From Candidatus Woesearchaeota archaeon (GTDB taxonomy: Archaea > Nanobdellota > Nanobdellia > Woesearchaeales > SKIA01), in NCBI GenBank assembly GCA_047602905.1, contig JBLKOP010000002.1, positions 79,381 to 143,380 of the forward strand: a stretch of 64,000 nucleotides of DNA. Direction: 5' to 3'. This document shows, in pieces, positions 38,828 through 49,732 of the stretch. The translations under genes and the position numbers were made by a program. Numbering within the stretch: position 1 is the first letter of the stretch; each line of letters starts with the position of its first letter. Under the pieces are notes generated by a model. It ran no database searches and was not told the DNA's origin. It worked only from the letters and a program-made list of their open reading frames with translations.

Positions 38828-40003
38828 TTATGCTGGTACTACAAACACTGGAGGTCTGTTTACTGCTTGTACAGTAATTAGTACTTCTTTAGTGGTTGTT
38901 AATACTCTGTCACTTGCTTCTATTTCAACGACGTACTCGCCTGCTTCGCCGAAATCAACGTATCGTGTGCTTGTATTCATCCATCCACTGTACCGAACTA
39001 CTACTTCGTCTCCGTCTGGGTCACTTATCGTTACCCAGTTCTTGAGATCAAAGTGCTCTCCTTCGTTAATGACGATTTCGTCTTCAACGATGATGACTGG
39101 TGGTCGGTTGCGTATAGCTAGCTCGACGGTGACTTCTTGGCTTACTTCATCAATTCCGTCACTTGCGGTGACTGTGATGACGTATTCTCCTGCGTCTCCT
39201 ACTCTGCTCTGCCAGATTCCGTCAGTACCTACTGGTTCTGTGTACGTAATCGTTACTTCGCTTCCGTCTGGGTCTGTTGCGTTTGCTCGTAGATTAATTC
39301 TGTCTCCTTCCACTGCTTGTATACTTGTTTGTGCAAGTTCTAGCACTGGTGGTCGGTTAACGTTTTCTACAATGACTGTTACGTCTTTGAACACTTCGTT
39401 TCCTGCTGTGTCTTCAGCAATGATGCGTACGTTGTATTCTCCTGCGTCATCATAGGTTGTTCTGTACGTTGCGCTACTCATCCATCCGCTGTAGCTGACG
39501 ATGATGTCATCTCCTTCTGGGTCTGTGATGTTGTAGATGTTTAAGTCAACTACTTCTCCTTCTCGTACCTCAATAACTTCTGGTCCTCGGATGCTTGGAG
39601 GAAGGTTTAGTGCGTCTACTACTACAAGTATTGTTATGCTTGTGTTCTCGATTCCGTCACTTGCTATTATGCGTACGTCATATTCTCCTGCGTCTCCAAT
39701 ATCTGTTTGCCAGGTTCCTTCTGTACTAAATGGTTCTCCAAAGTATAGTGTTACTTCGTCTCCGTCTGGATCAACTGCTCGAGTGTTTAGTTGTATGAAG
39801 TCTCCTTCTACTCCTCGTACGGTTGCTGCGTATTCGTTGTTCTCAACTGGTTCTACAATCTCCTCTCCATTTACTGGTGTTTCTGGGCTGTAGTCTGTTT
39901 CGTTGAACGTAGCTGTCTCGTTCTCGCCTACAGGTACAGTCGGGGTACATGCTGCGAGTACGAAGAGGATAGCTAGTCCAAACAGTATTGCTTGTTTGTT
40001 CAT
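38828..40003 (-). CDS. Surface lipoprotein with four cadherin/Ig-like repeats
   Basis: Lipobox LAAC; four units with DP[DE]G[DS], GEY.V...A.D and N[LR]PP. Confidence 0.8.
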   Translation of the reverse strand: MNKQAILFGLAILFVLAACTPTVPVGENETATFNETDYSPETPVNGEEIVEPVENNEYAATVRGVEGDFIQLNTRAVDPDGDEVTLYFGEPFSTEGTWQTDIGDAGEYDVRIIASDGIENTSITILVVVDALNLPPSIRGPEVIEVREGEVVDLNIYNITDPEGDDIIVSYSGWMSSATYRTTYDDAGEYNVRIIAEDTAGNEVFKDVTVIVENVNRPPVLELAQTSIQAVEGDRINLRANATDPDGSEVTITYTEPVGTDGIWQSRVGDAGEYVITVTASDGIDEVSQEVTVELAIRNRPPVIIVEDEIVINEGEHFDLKNWVTISDPDGDEVVVRYSGWMNTSTRYVDFGEAGEYVVEIEASDRVLTTTKEVLITVQAVNRPPVFVVPA

Positions 40004-40069
40004 TGGTAGTTCCCCATAAGAGTTTCCACTTGTGAATAGATACAAGTTGCTTGTATTTAAATGTTCTTC

Positions 40070-41188
40070 TCAGAACGCGTCTTTTATGCGCTCAAAGAAG
40101 CTTTTCTGTGGTGTGGTACTTTCTCCGCGTAGATTAGTGTAGTTTTTAAGCGCTTCTTTTTGCTCTTTACTAAGTTTCTTAGGTGTTTCTAAAATTACTT
40201 TTACGTGCAGGTCTCCTTTTCCTCCTCGTATAGTGGGCATTCCGTATCCTCGTAGACGAAAGGTTGTGTGGCTTTGTGTTCCTGCAGGTATTTCTAGTGT
40301 TGCGCTTCCTTGCAAGGTAGGTATTTTTACGTCGTCTCCGAGTGCTGCTTGTGAGAAGCTAATGGGTACTTGTGCGTGTAAGGTACTTGCTTCTCGTGTG
40401 AAGAACTCGTGTTGTTTTATGCGCACAACGATGTATAAGTCTCCTGGTGGTGTTCCTGCTTCTCCTGCTTCTCCTTCTCCTGCTACACGAATGGTTTGTC
40501 CGTTCTCTACTCCTGCTGGGATGTCTATAGTAAGCGTTTTTTTCTTCTTTACGCGTCCTTCTCCTTGACAAGCACTACACGTCTCTTTTGGTATACTTCC
40601 TCTTCCTTTACAGCTTGGACACGTCGTTTGTGTTCTAAACGCTCCAAATGGTGTTTGTTGTTGCTGTATTACTTGTCCTTGCCCGTTACAGGTACTGCAA
40701 GTACGTACTTCTTGGTTTTTTGCTCCTGTCCCTTTACAGGTACTGCACGCGTCGTACTTGTTTACCTCTATTGTTCTTTCTGTGCCTGTATATGCTTCTT
40801 TTAGCGTAATCGTTGCTTGTGTTTGTAAATCTGCTCCTCGTCTAGATTGCTGTCTTCCTCCTCTAAAGCCTCCTCCAAAGAACTCGCTAAAAATGTCTTC
40901 AAAACCTCCAAATCCACTGGTATCAAAGCCGCTAAACCCTCCTTGTCCTCCTCCTGTTTTCTTGTTTTGCGTGTACGCTTCATGACCAAACTGGTCGTAC
41001 TGCGCTCGTGATTGCTCGTTACTAAGTATTTTATAGGCCTCGTTTACTTTTTTGAATTGCTCCTCTGCTTCTGGATTGTCTTTGTTAAGGTCTGGGTGGT
41101 ATTTTTTTGCTTTTTTCTTATACGCTTTTTTTATTTCTTCCTGACTAGCGTTTTTGGTAATTCCTAATGTTTGGTAATGGTCACTCAT
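40070..41188 (-). CDS. dnaJ: Chaperone DnaJ
   Basis: HPD J-domain, G/F region, four CxxCxGxG repeats. Confidence 0.96.
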   Translation of the reverse strand: MSDHYQTLGITKNASQEEIKKAYKKKAKKYHPDLNKDNPEAEEQFKKVNEAYKILSNEQSRAQYDQFGHEAYTQNKKTGGGQGGFSGFDTSGFGGFEDIFSEFFGGGFRGGRQQSRRGADLQTQATITLKEAYTGTERTIEVNKYDACSTCKGTGAKNQEVRTCSTCNGQGQVIQQQQTPFGAFRTQTTCPSCKGRGSIPKETCSACQGEGRVKKKKTLTIDIPAGVENGQTIRVAGEGEAGEAGTPPGDLYIVVRIKQHEFFTREASTLHAQVPISFSQAALGDDVKIPTLQGSATLEIPAGTQSHTTFRLRGYGMPTIRGGKGDLHVKVILETPKKLSKEQKEALKNYTNLRGESTTPQKSFFERIKDAF

Positions 41189-41261
41189 GGTAGCTTGCTA
41201 TTCTGTGTTGTTTTATAACTCTTCGTAAGAAGAATAGAAAAAAATATTTTGTTTGTAGAGA

Positions 41262-43100
41262 CTATTTTTTCTTTTCCTCCTCTACGTTTTCATCTTTTAC
41301 TTTTGCGTCAACAACTTCTTCTTCGTCTTTCTTGTTTTCTTGTTCTGCTGCTTGTGCTTGTTGTTGCTTAGCGACTTCTTCATAGAGTTTCTGAGAGACT
41401 GCTGCGAATTGTTCTTGCAGTTCTTCTTTCTTCTTCTTTATTGCTTCTACGTCTTTCTCATCAGCCTTGAGTAGTTCTTTGAGTTCATCAGCAAGTTTCT
41501 GAATTCCTTCTAGTTCTTTCTTGTCTGCTTTCTCCTCTAAGTCTTTTATTGTCTTTTCTGTTTGGTAGACGAGGCTGTCCGCTTCGTTAACTACTTCTAT
41601 TTCTTCTAGGCGTTCTTTGTCTTTCTCAGCGTTTTTCTCTGCTTCTTCTTGCATCTTCTTAATTTCTTCATCAGATAGGTTTGTGCTGCTAGTTATTTTG
41701 ATGCTTTGCTCTTTTCCTGTTCCTAAATCCTTTGCTGCTACGTTTACTATTCCGTTTGCGTCGATATCAAAGGTTACTTCTATCTGTGGTATTCCTCTTG
41801 CTGCTGGAGGTATTCCTAGTAAGTCAAAGTGCCCTAGTGTTTGGTTGTCTGCAGCCATTGCTCGCTCTCCTTGCAGTACGTGTATGCTTACTGCTGTTTG
41901 GTTGTCACTTGCTGTGCTAAAGACCTTGCTTTCTTTTGTTGGTATTGTCGTGTTTTTTTCTATGAGTTTCGTGAACACTCCTCCAAGGGTTTCAATACCT
42001 AGACTTAGTGGTGTTACGTCTAGCAAGAGTACGTCTTTTACGTCTCCTCCAAGAATTCCTGCTTGTATTGCTGCTCCCATAGCGATTGCTTCATCCGGAT
42101 TTACGCTTTTGTCTCCGTCTTTTCCTGTGAGGTCTTTGACGAGTTTCTGTACTGCTGGTATTCTGCTGCTTCCTCCTACGAAGATGATCTTGTCAGGTGT
42201 TACTTTTGCGTCTTTGATTGCTTGCTGAGTGGGTTTTTTTAGTCGCTCAAGGATGTCGTCGATGAGTTTTTCAAACTCACTTCTGCTTATCTCTGCTGTT
42301 AGGTGTTTTGGTCCACTCTCTGTTGCTGTTATAAACGGCAGGTTAATGCTTGCTGTTTGTTTGCTTGAGAGCTCTATCTTTGCTTTCTCTGCTGCTTCTT
42401 TGAGTCGTTGCAGTGCTTGTTTGTCTTCTCGCAAGTCTACTTTGTGTTCTTTTTTGAACTCTTCTGCTAGGTGGTTGAGGAGTATTTCGTCTACGTCATC
42501 TCCTCCTAGGTGGTTGTCTCCGCTGGTTGCTTTTACTTCAAAGACTCCGTCTCCGAGTTCTAGTATGCTTACATCAAAGGTTCCTCCTCCAAAGTCAAAG
42601 ACTAAGATGGTGTTTTCATCTTCTTTGTCCAGTCCGTACGCGAGTGCTGCTGCTGTTGGTTCGTTTATGATTCGTAGTACTTCTAGGCCAGCAATTTTTC
42701 CTGCGTCTTTAGTTGCTTGTCTTTGTGCGTCGGTAAAGTATGCTGGTACGGTGATGACTGCTTGTTTGACTTCTCCTCCTAGGTAGTCTTCTGCGTCTTT
42801 TTTGAGTTTTCCAAGTATTATCGCACTGATTTCTTGTGGCGTGTATTCTTTGTCGTGAATACTTACTTTGTAGTCTTCTCCCATGTGTCGTTTGATGCTG
42901 CGTACGGTTTGGTCTGGGTTGAGTACTGCTTGGTTTCTTGCTGCGTCTCCTACTATTCGTTCACCGTCTTTTTTTACTGCTACGACGCTTGGCGTTGTTC
43001 TCTTTCCTTCTGCGTTGCTAATAATGGTTGGTTTTCCTCCTTCCATTGCTGCTACTGCGCTAAATGTTGTTCCTAAGTCTATTCCTATTATCTTACTCAT
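41262..43100 (-). CDS. dnaK: Chaperone DnaK
   Basis: [34 protein letters not shown]. Confidence 0.97.
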   Translation of the reverse strand: MSKIIGIDLGTTFSAVAAMEGGKPTIISNAEGKRTTPSVVAVKKDGERIVGDAARNQAVLNPDQTVRSIKRHMGEDYKVSIHDKEYTPQEISAIILGKLKKDAEDYLGGEVKQAVITVPAYFTDAQRQATKDAGKIAGLEVLRIINEPTAAALAYGLDKEDENTILVFDFGGGTFDVSILELGDGVFEVKATSGDNHLGGDDVDEILLNHLAEEFKKEHKVDLREDKQALQRLKEAAEKAKIELSSKQTASINLPFITATESGPKHLTAEISRSEFEKLIDDILERLKKPTQQAIKDAKVTPDKIIFVGGSSRIPAVQKLVKDLTGKDGDKSVNPDEAIAMGAAIQAGILGGDVKDVLLLDVTPLSLGIETLGGVFTKLIEKNTTIPTKESKVFSTASDNQTAVSIHVLQGERAMAADNQTLGHFDLLGIPPAARGIPQIEVTFDIDANGIVNVAAKDLGTGKEQSIKITSSTNLSDEEIKKMQEEAEKNAEKDKERLEEIEVVNEADSLVYQTEKTIKDLEEKADKKELEGIQKLADELKELLKADEKDVEAIKKKKEELQEQFAAVSQKLYEEVAKQQQAQAAEQENKKDEEEVVDAKVKDENVEEEKKK

Positions 43101-43566
43101 GTTCTTTTTTCTCCTGTGGTCCTTTGCTGACCTTTACTTTTGTTGTTCGCAGGACTTTTCCTGCGAGTTCATATCCTGGTTGTAGGATTTGTAGTATTGT
43201 TCCTTCTTTTTGCTTGCTGTGTTCGCTCAGTAGTGCTTCGTGTTTGTGTGCATCAAAGCCTTCTTCTGTGCTTATTCGTTGTACTCCGTGTGATTCTAGT
43301 ACTGTGATGAGTTGGCCTAGTACGAGTTCTACTCCTTGGTATAGGCTGTCTTCTTTGTTCTTTGCTTGGTTGATTGCAAGTTCTAGGTTGTCGATTACTG
43401 CGAGTATTTCTGTGATGAGTTGTTTGTTTGCTAATTTTTTGTTTTCTTCTGCTTGTATTTCTGTTCTTCGTCGATAGTTTGCGTAGTCCGCACTTATGCG
43501 TGCGAGCTGTTCTTCTAGCTCTTGCACGCGTTCTTGTGCGGTTTCTAATTCTTGTTTTTTGCTCAT
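43093..43566 (-). CDS. grpE: Nucleotide exchange factor GrpE
   Basis: [16 protein letters not shown]...HEAL, QPGY...VLR; start set to MSKKQ. Confidence 0.93.
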   Translation of the reverse strand: MSKKQELETAQERVQELEEQLARISADYANYRRRTEIQAEENKKLANKQLITEILAVIDNLELAINQAKNKEDSLYQGVELVLGQLITVLESHGVQRISTEEGFDAHKHEALLSEHSKQKEGTILQILQPGYELAGKVLRTTKVKVSKGPQEKKEHE

Positions 43567-43697
43567 GCTTGTGCGTACCCTTGCATGAATCCTTCTTCCC
43601 AGTCTTCTATTTGGTCGTGGTCCATGAGGGTTTCTGTGTCTTTGTAGATGTTTTCGATGTAGTCTATTTCTTTCTCGTATGTGTATTCTGTGTTCAT
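43563..43697 (-). CDS. 44-aa acidic microprotein in the chaperone operon; not in the ORF track
   Basis: [48 protein letters not shown] overlaps with both neighbours. Confidence 0.75.
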   Translation of the reverse strand: MNTEYTYEKEIDYIENIYKDTETLMDHDQIEDWEEGFMQGYAQA

Positions 43698-43936
43698 TGC
43701 TCATTCCTCCATGGCATCACCATTCGTAGTTTGTTGTCTTGGTAGGTGATGATTGTGAGTTCTGTGTTGATTGCTCGTGGTAGGGGTATTTTTTGTTGTG
43801 CTTGGTGTTTTCCTGCTTGTAGGGTGAGTGTTATTTCGTGTTCTTGCACGTCTGCTTGTATTGTTTGTATTTCTGGTAGTGTTGCTTGTGCGAGTAGTGC
43901 TTTTGGTGTTTGTATGAGGTGTATTTGGTTTTCCAT
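43694..43936 (-). CDS. Minimal Hsp20/alpha-crystallin-like protein
   Basis: ATLPEI...QQKIPLP..I...TYQDNKLRMVMP; first gene of the dnaK operon. Confidence 0.6.
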   Translation of the reverse strand: MENQIHLIQTPKALLAQATLPEIQTIQADVQEHEITLTLQAGKHQAQQKIPLPRAINTELTIITYQDNKLRMVMPWRNEQ

Positions 43937-43950
43937 ACGAATCAATTCCT

Positions 43951-43967
43951 GTTGACTTTACGTCAAC
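43951..43967. promoter_or_regulatory. Palindromic operator candidate GTTGAC-N5-GTCAAC
   Basis: Perfect 6-5-6 inverted repeat between the TATA box and start of the chaperone operon. Confidence 0.55.
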
Positions 43968-43988
43968 GAATAAGTGTAATGTGGCAAT

Positions 43989-44021
43989 CATTTAAATACT
44001 TGTTGGTAACATTTAAATACT
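43989..44021. promoter_or_regulatory. Paired TATA-containing direct repeats of the divergent promoter
   Basis: CATTTAAATACT at 43989-44000 and 44010-44021. Confidence 0.55.
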
Positions 44022-44041
44022 CTGTTTATTTTAATTCAACC

Positions 44042-44434
44042 ATGCCCTTTGATCGCATCACCCTCATAAACGTACAACCACCAAGAAACGCAGACATAAA
44101 CCAAGAACTGCAATGGCTAGGAGCAACACTAGGACTCTTTGGACAACGAGACAAAGACTCAAGCTGCTTTAGAGTATTCATAACCATAATTAACTCATCC
44201 TCACAACCACTCACATCAGACGAAATAGCACAGAGATGCGGACTAACAAGAGGAACAGTAGTACATCACCTAAACAAACTACGAGACGCAGGACTCGTAG
44301 CACCAGCAACACAAGGATACAGCCTAGCAGCAACAAGCATACAAGAAAGCCTACAAGCAATGGAAGAAGAAATCCAACAAACACTAGCACTAATGAGAGC
44401 AGTAGCCAAAGACATAGACAAAAAACTCCAATAA
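44042..44434 (+). CDS. ArsR-like winged-helix regulator
   Basis: LTSDEIA...LTRGTVVHHLNKLRDAGLV. Confidence 0.85.
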   Translation: MPFDRITLINVQPPRNADINQELQWLGATLGLFGQRDKDSSCFRVFITIINSSSQPLTSDEIAQRCGLTRGTVVHHLNKLRDAGLVAPATQGYSLAATSIQESLQAMEEEIQQTLALMRAVAKDIDKKLQ

Positions 44435-44465
44435 CATTAAAAACCACGCACAACCAACAAATACA

Positions 44466-47400
44466 ATGAGAGCTTGGGCGGCAATAATACTTCTTTTCTT
44501 ACTTATCCCACTAGCAACAGCAAACATACCCCAAGAACTCAAAGACCTGCCCTTCGCAGAAGAAATAGCAAAAATAGCGCTACCAGAACAAGCAAGAGCA
44601 CAACCAATGATGATGCGCTCAATGAGCTTTGAAGAACCAGAACCAGTAATTGTTCAGTTTCATAAACCAGAAGATATTGAAGCGATTCAAAGTCTTGTTC
44701 AATCGCTAAATACTGAAGAATATGAGAGTCTTTCAAAAACGATACGTGAATTCGCAAAGTATAATACAGATGTAAAGCATGATTATGCTATTATTGACGG
44801 TTTTTCAGTATCACTAACAACTCAACAACGTTTGGAGCTTGAACAAAACCCGCTCATAAAAAGTATACATTCTTCACGGGAGGTTCGTGTTTTTATGCAA
44901 GATACGCTACCACTTATACAAGCAGATGAAGTTCATAAAATTAGTATAGATGAAACTTTTGTACAAGGAAAGGGACAAACTATTTGTGTTCTTGATACAG
45001 GAATTGATTATACGCATCCAGACTTTGGAGCTTGTAGTCAAGAAGAGTTTCTTGCAGGGGAGTGTAAGAAAGTTCCTGGAGGACATAATATAGTGACCAA
45101 CCATTCTGATGGAATGGATGATCATGGTCACGGAACTCATGTTGCAGGAATAGTGGCTGCAAATGGTTCAATAATTGGAGTTGCTCCTCAAGCAAACTTA
45201 ATTGCCATGAAAGTACTTAATCATTTAGGTTCAGGGTCTGAAGAAGATATTATTGAAGGAATTAATTGGTGCATCTCTAATGCTGAACAATTCAATATAT
45301 CTGTTATAAGTATGAGCTCAGGCGGAGGAAACTATTCAGAAATTTGTGATGTAGTTGATGATCCTTTTAGAAATGCAGTAGCTGCTGCTTGGGATAAAGA
45401 AATAGCTGTTTTTGCTGCTTCAGGAAATTACGCAACAGCAGAGTATATTAGTTTTCCTGCATGCATAAGTAACGTAATTCCAGTTACTTCCTCAACAAAA
45501 AATGATGAGATGAGCAGTTTTAGTAGTAGAAATTCTCTTGTAGATATTATTGCCCCGGGATCAGAAATTAATTCTACTGTAATTGGAGGAAGTTATGATT
45601 CTTATTCAGGAACTTCTATGGCTACTCCTCATGTCGCTGGTGCTTTTGCTCTTCTTAACCAATACAAAGAAATCACAGGAATCTCTGCTTCTTCTCAAGA
45701 CCTTGTTGATGCATTAATTAGTACTGCTGTTCTTATTCATGATTCTGCTAGTGATCGTAACTATTCTCGTATTGATGTGTTCGCTGCGCTTTCTTCTTTT
45801 GACGTTACTGCCCCAACAACAGTAGCAATTTTTCCTGTTGGTTGGCAGAATACTAATGTTACAGTAACGTTTAACGCGTCTGATGATTCTGAGGTTGCGT
45901 ACACTACTGTTCGTGTGAATGAGGAGGCACCAATTAATGCAACTAATATTACGCTTAGTGAAGAGGGTAATCACACTGTTGAGTTCTTCTCTGTTGATGT
46001 GTTTGATAATACAGAAGCTAACCAAACCATCTATGTGCTTATTGATAAGACGCCTCCTATTACTTCTTTTCCTCTTAGTAACGTTACGTGGTATCAGAAC
46101 GTAACAAACATTTCTTTTAATGTCACTGATGCGCTATCAGGAATTAATTATACGAATTATTCACTAAACCAAGAGGCGTTTATTTCTTCGCCAACAATAA
46201 CTATTGAGGAAGAAGGCGTTTATAACCTCTCGTTCTTCTCTGTTGATATCGCTGGTAACATGGAGAACGTAACCAACCAGACTGTTCGTGTAGACGTGAC
46301 TCCTCCAGAACTTAATATTACTACTACTCTTTCTTGGCTGTCTGCTCCTAACTTCACTCTTATCATAAACGCTACTGATGTTCTTTCTGGGATTAATAGA
46401 AATCTTATTAACCAAACTCAACAAACAAATCTTACTATTTCTCAAGAAGGGAACACGACTGTTTTTGTGCAAGTGTTTGATAACGCGAACAATTCTGTTT
46501 CTCAAAACGTCTCTGTTCTTCTTGACACAACAGCTCCTGCTACGAGCGCTAATTACTCCTCTGGTTGGCAAAGCACTAACGTAACTGTTGTTCTCAACGC
46601 TACTGATGCGCTATCAGGAATAAATCACACTACTATTTACGTAAATGAGGAAGCGCCGATTAACGCAACGAACATTACGCTTTCTGAGGAGGGCAATCAT
46701 ACTGTTGAGTTCTTCTCGGTTGATAACGCTGGTAATAAAGAAGCTAACCAAACAATTACTGTGCTTATTGATAAAACTCCTCCTGCACTAAACATAACCA
46801 CAACTGCTTCTTGGTTGTCTGCAGATAATTTTACTCTTGTCGTGAACGCTACTGATGCTCTTTCTGGAGTTAACCGAACACTCATCAACAGCTCAGAAGC
46901 AATGAACTTAACTGTTTTTGAGGAAGGGAATACGACTGTTTTTGTGCAAGTGTTTGATAACGCGAATAATTCTGTTTCTCAAAACGTTTCTGTTCTTCTC
47001 GACCGTACCTCGCCAATCACAGAAGCACTGTATAACGAGGGCTGGAATACTGAAAACGTAACTATTCTTTTTAACGCAACTGATATTCTTTCTGGTGTAA
47101 ATTACACTACTGCTCGTATTAACGAAGAAGCACCGGTTAATGTAACTAACGTTACGTTAAGTGAGGACGGTAATTACACAATAGAGTTCTTCTCGGTTGA
47201 TAATGCTAATAACAAGGAGGATAACCAAACCATTACTGTACTTATTGATCAGACTCCGCCAAACATTTCTTTTTTCACGATTAATGACTCAAGTCCGCAG
47301 ATAAACACTTCAATATCTTTGCAAGCAAACGTTACTGATACGAACTTAGAAAACGTTACGTTAACAATACATAATCAGTTAGTTGCGCTTACAAATACTA

Positions 47401-48572
47401 GCAGCGTTTACGAAGCAAACTTTACTCCAACAACAAATGATGTGTACGAAGCAGTTCTTCTAGCAGTTGATAAAGCAGGCAACTCTGTACAGCAAACTAT
47501 TACGTTTACTGCATATAATAAACAACAAGAAATAAACAAAGAAATTAATGATACTCCTATAGATGCGAAGAACACTACGAAAACAACGCTTCGACTAAGA
47601 ACTTCACAGTCAGTTATTGGTAACGTAACGATTCTTTCAAGCAAGAAAAAGCCCTCAACGATATCAACAGCTCTTCCTAACGCGCTAACACACACAACTA
47701 TTCTTCTTAGTGAGAACATCAAACAAAACCTTTCCTGGGCGAATATTAGTTTGTTCTACGACGAAGAAGATGTTGATGGCCTTGATGAATCAACGCTGCG
47801 CATCTCTCGCTATAACGAGTCAAGTAATCAGTGGGTTGAGTTAACAACTGCTTTGCCGTACGTGCACCAAGTAGGTGTGGACACGACTAACCGCGTCGTA
47901 TGGGCGAACGTCTCGCAATTCTCAACGTACGCAGCAAGTGCTGACGAAACAACCCCTCCTCCCTCAAGTAGCGGTGGTTCTGGCGGAGGATCCGGAGGCG
48001 GTGGTGGCGGTGGCGGTGTAGCGATGACTGCAACAAATCCGAATCAAACAAGCTACGCTATTCGTAACTTACAAGCAGGTGAGCTGCACCTACGAGAAGT
48101 CAGTCTTGAACCACTAACGCAGGTACGCATAACTCCTGCAAGTAACGTGTTTACCAGCACGATAACGATAACGCGAAACGAAGAGGACTCCTTTACGTTT
48201 CAAGCAGCTCCTAGCTTTGAGCTTGAAGAACTGCGCGTACAGTTTTTTTCAGAAGAAGAAATGATTGTTCGTGCAAGTGGCATACGTTTACCTGTTACTC
48301 GCGTTAATGAAACAACGCAGTACTTCATAACTAACGTGTTCTCTACCTTCGCGCTCTCACAATCACCTCAAGAAGAACCTTCTATTGTTATAGTTGAAGA
48401 AGATCAGGTAGTGCAAGAAGAAACACCTACACCTATGATGGATGAAGAAGTATTTGAAGAAGAAAGCCGTATACTTACAACAAGAAACCCTGTGGTGTTT
48501 TACATTCTTGCAGGGTTGTTTGCGATAGTTTTTGTGGCAGCAATTATTTCTTCCAAGCCCAAAAATAGCTAA
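44466..48572 (+). CDS. Membrane-anchored S8 subtilisin-like protease with propeptide and Ig-like repeats
   Basis: Signal peptide; LDTG, HGTHVAG, GTSMATPHVAG; Dx T[APS]P repeats; Gly/Ser linker; C-terminal TM. Confidence 0.92.
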   Translation: MRAWAAIILLFLLIPLATANIPQELKDLPFAEEIAKIALPEQARAQPMMMRSMSFEEPEPVIVQFHKPEDIEAIQSLVQSLNTEEYESLSKTIREFAKYNTDVKHDYAIIDGFSVSLTTQQRLELEQNPLIKSIHSSREVRVFMQDTLPLIQADEVHKISIDETFVQGKGQTICVLDTGIDYTHPDFGACSQEEFLAGECKKVPGGHNIVTNHSDGMDDHGHGTHVAGIVAANGSIIGVAPQANLIAMKVLNHLGSGSEEDIIEGINWCISNAEQFNISVISMSSGGGNYSEICDVVDDPFRNAVAAAWDKEIAVFAASGNYATAEYISFPACISNVIPVTSSTKNDEMSSFSSRNSLVDIIAPGSEINSTVIGGSYDSYSGTSMATPHVAGAFALLNQYKEITGISASSQDLVDALISTAVLIHDSASDRNYSRIDVFAALSSFDVTAPTTVAIFPVGWQNTNVTVTFNASDDSEVAYTTVRVNEEAPINATNITLSEEGNHTVEFFSVDVFDNTEANQTIYVLIDKTPPITSFPLSNVTWYQNVTNISFNVTDALSGINYTNYSLNQEAFISSPTITIEEEGVYNLSFFSVDIAGNMENVTNQTVRVDVTPPELNITTTLSWLSAPNFTLIINATDVLSGINRNLINQTQQTNLTISQEGNTTVFVQVFDNANNSVSQNVSVLLDTTAPATSANYSSGWQSTNVTVVLNATDALSGINHTTIYVNEEAPINATNITLSEEGNHTVEFFSVDNAGNKEANQTITVLIDKTPPALNITTTASWLSADNFTLVVNATDALSGVNRTLINSSEAMNLTVFEEGNTTVFVQVFDNANNSVSQNVSVLLDRTSPITEALYNEGWNTENVTILFNATDILSGVNYTTARINEEAPVNVTNVTLSEDGNYTIEFFSVDNANNKEDNQTITVLIDQTPPNISFFTINDSSPQINTSISLQANVTDTNLENVTLTIHNQLVALTNTSSVYEANFTPTTNDVYEAVLLAVDKAGNSVQQTITFTAYNKQQEINKEINDTPIDAKNTTKTTLRLRTSQSVIGNVTILSSKKKPSTISTALPNALTHTTILLSENIKQNLSWANISLFYDEEDVDGLDESTLRISRYNESSNQWVELTTALPYVHQVGVDTTNRVVWANVSQFSTYAASADETTPPPSSSGGSGGGSGGGGGGGGVAMTATNPNQTSYAIRNLQAGELHLREVSLEPLTQVRITPASNVFTSTITITRNEEDSFTFQAAPSFELEELRVQFFSEEEMIVRASGIRLPVTRVNETTQYFITNVFSTFALSQSPQEEPSIVIVEEDQVVQEETPTPMMDEEVFEEESRILTTRNPVVFYILAGLFAIVFVAAIISSKPKNS
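45800..47260 (+). repeat. Tandem Ig-like coding repeats in the S8 protease
   Basis: 46446-46526 and 46923-47003 match at 77 of 81 nt (477-nt offset). Confidence 0.8.
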
Positions 48573-49620
48573 GAAAAAAATTCCACGCAGTAGCTATGAG
48601 GATACCAAAGAGGTTTGCTGCTTCATCAAAGAATACGTCGGCGTGGATGAGTGTTCCTGCAACGAAGAAATTAATGATTGCTCCTCCAGCACTTGTTACG
48701 TGGTACTTAAGTAACCGAGAAAACCAGTTTCCTGTTCTTCGGTCAGCGAAGGTTATTTTGTCATGAAACAAAAAGTTCCATAGAATACTTGCTTCGATAG
48801 CAAGACCTAAGGATGCGTACGAGCCAATACCTACTCCTCGCAGCAATATGCTCTGAGCGCCTATATTAACGATTATTCCGCTTAGGCCTACGAGTAAGAA
48901 AATGATGAGTCGTTTGTAGGTTCTCCAACCAAGAACTATTGAGGTGCTCATGAACTCAGCTATGTCTTTTCTTCCAAGCTTACTTTCTCCTATTTTTCTA
49001 TCAATAAACGTAACAGGGACTTCTTGTACTCTAAAGTTTTTGCTGAGTGCTTCGTGCAGGAGGCGTATCTGAAAGCTGTATCCTTGTGAAGCAAATGCGT
49101 CCCAATCAATACTGGTTATTACTTCTTTTTTTATTGCGCGAAACCCTGCTGTTGTGTCTTTTACAGAAAGGATTCCTCCAATAACGCGAGAGAAGAAGTT
49201 ACCTACGTAACTTACGAGGTAGCGATACCAATTCCATCCTTCTACGCGCCCTCCTTGTACGTAGCGACTGCCAATAACAAAGTCTGCTTCTCCAGCGAGG
49301 ATGGGGGTTAGTAGTCTAGGCAGGTCTTTTGTGTCATGACTCCCATCCGCGTCCATCTCAATAACAACATCAGCTTCTAAGGTTTCTATAGCGTGTTTGA
49401 AGCCACGAATATACGCTGCTCCTAGGCCTTGTTTTTCTCCACTAAGCAAACTAATTCGCTTACTTTGTTTCATGAATTGTTTAACTACGTCTGCTGTTTT
49501 GTCCGGGCTGTTATCATCTACTACTAAGACGTGTAGGTTTTTGTGAGCAAGCACCCCTTGTAAAGCAGTAGCGATGTTTTCTCGCTCGTTGTAGGTGGGT
49601 ATGATAACAACGATTTTCAT
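48544..49620 (-). CDS. GT2 polyprenol-phosphate glycosyltransferase fused to a GtrA domain
   Basis: IPTYNE, VDDNSPD, MDADGSH, GSRY, GESKL; C-terminal TM region with WNF motifs. Confidence 0.9.
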   Translation of the reverse strand: MKIVVIIPTYNERENIATALQGVLAHKNLHVLVVDDNSPDKTADVVKQFMKQSKRISLLSGEKQGLGAAYIRGFKHAIETLEADVVIEMDADGSHDTKDLPRLLTPILAGEADFVIGSRYVQGGRVEGWNWYRYLVSYVGNFFSRVIGGILSVKDTTAGFRAIKKEVITSIDWDAFASQGYSFQIRLLHEALSKNFRVQEVPVTFIDRKIGESKLGRKDIAEFMSTSIVLGWRTYKRLIIFLLVGLSGIIVNIGAQSILLRGVGIGSYASLGLAIEASILWNFLFHDKITFADRRTGNWFSRLLKYHVTSAGGAIINFFVAGTLIHADVFFDEAANLFGILIATAWNFFLSYFWAWKK

Positions 49621-49732
49621 GTGTTTTGTTGTTTTGTTTGTGTGCTTATAAAGGTACACAACAAATAAATAGTTACTTAATAGTAGTTACAAATCAATAT
49701 GTTTTTAAAGTAAGCAACCCTACAACAAGCAC

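Noticed and set aside
19636..43566. Bacterial-type RhlE and dnaK/dnaJ/grpE as contamination or novelty
   Set aside because: They are interleaved with archaeal genes and have TATA promoters; such acquisitions are well known in mesophilic archaea.
43567..43704. Arg/His-rich N-terminal extension of GrpE in the ORF track
   Set aside because: Alternate-frame read of the 44-aa acidic gene; GrpE starts at 43566.
47965..48020. GC-rich GGC/GGT repeat
   Set aside because: Encodes an ordinary Gly/Ser linker.
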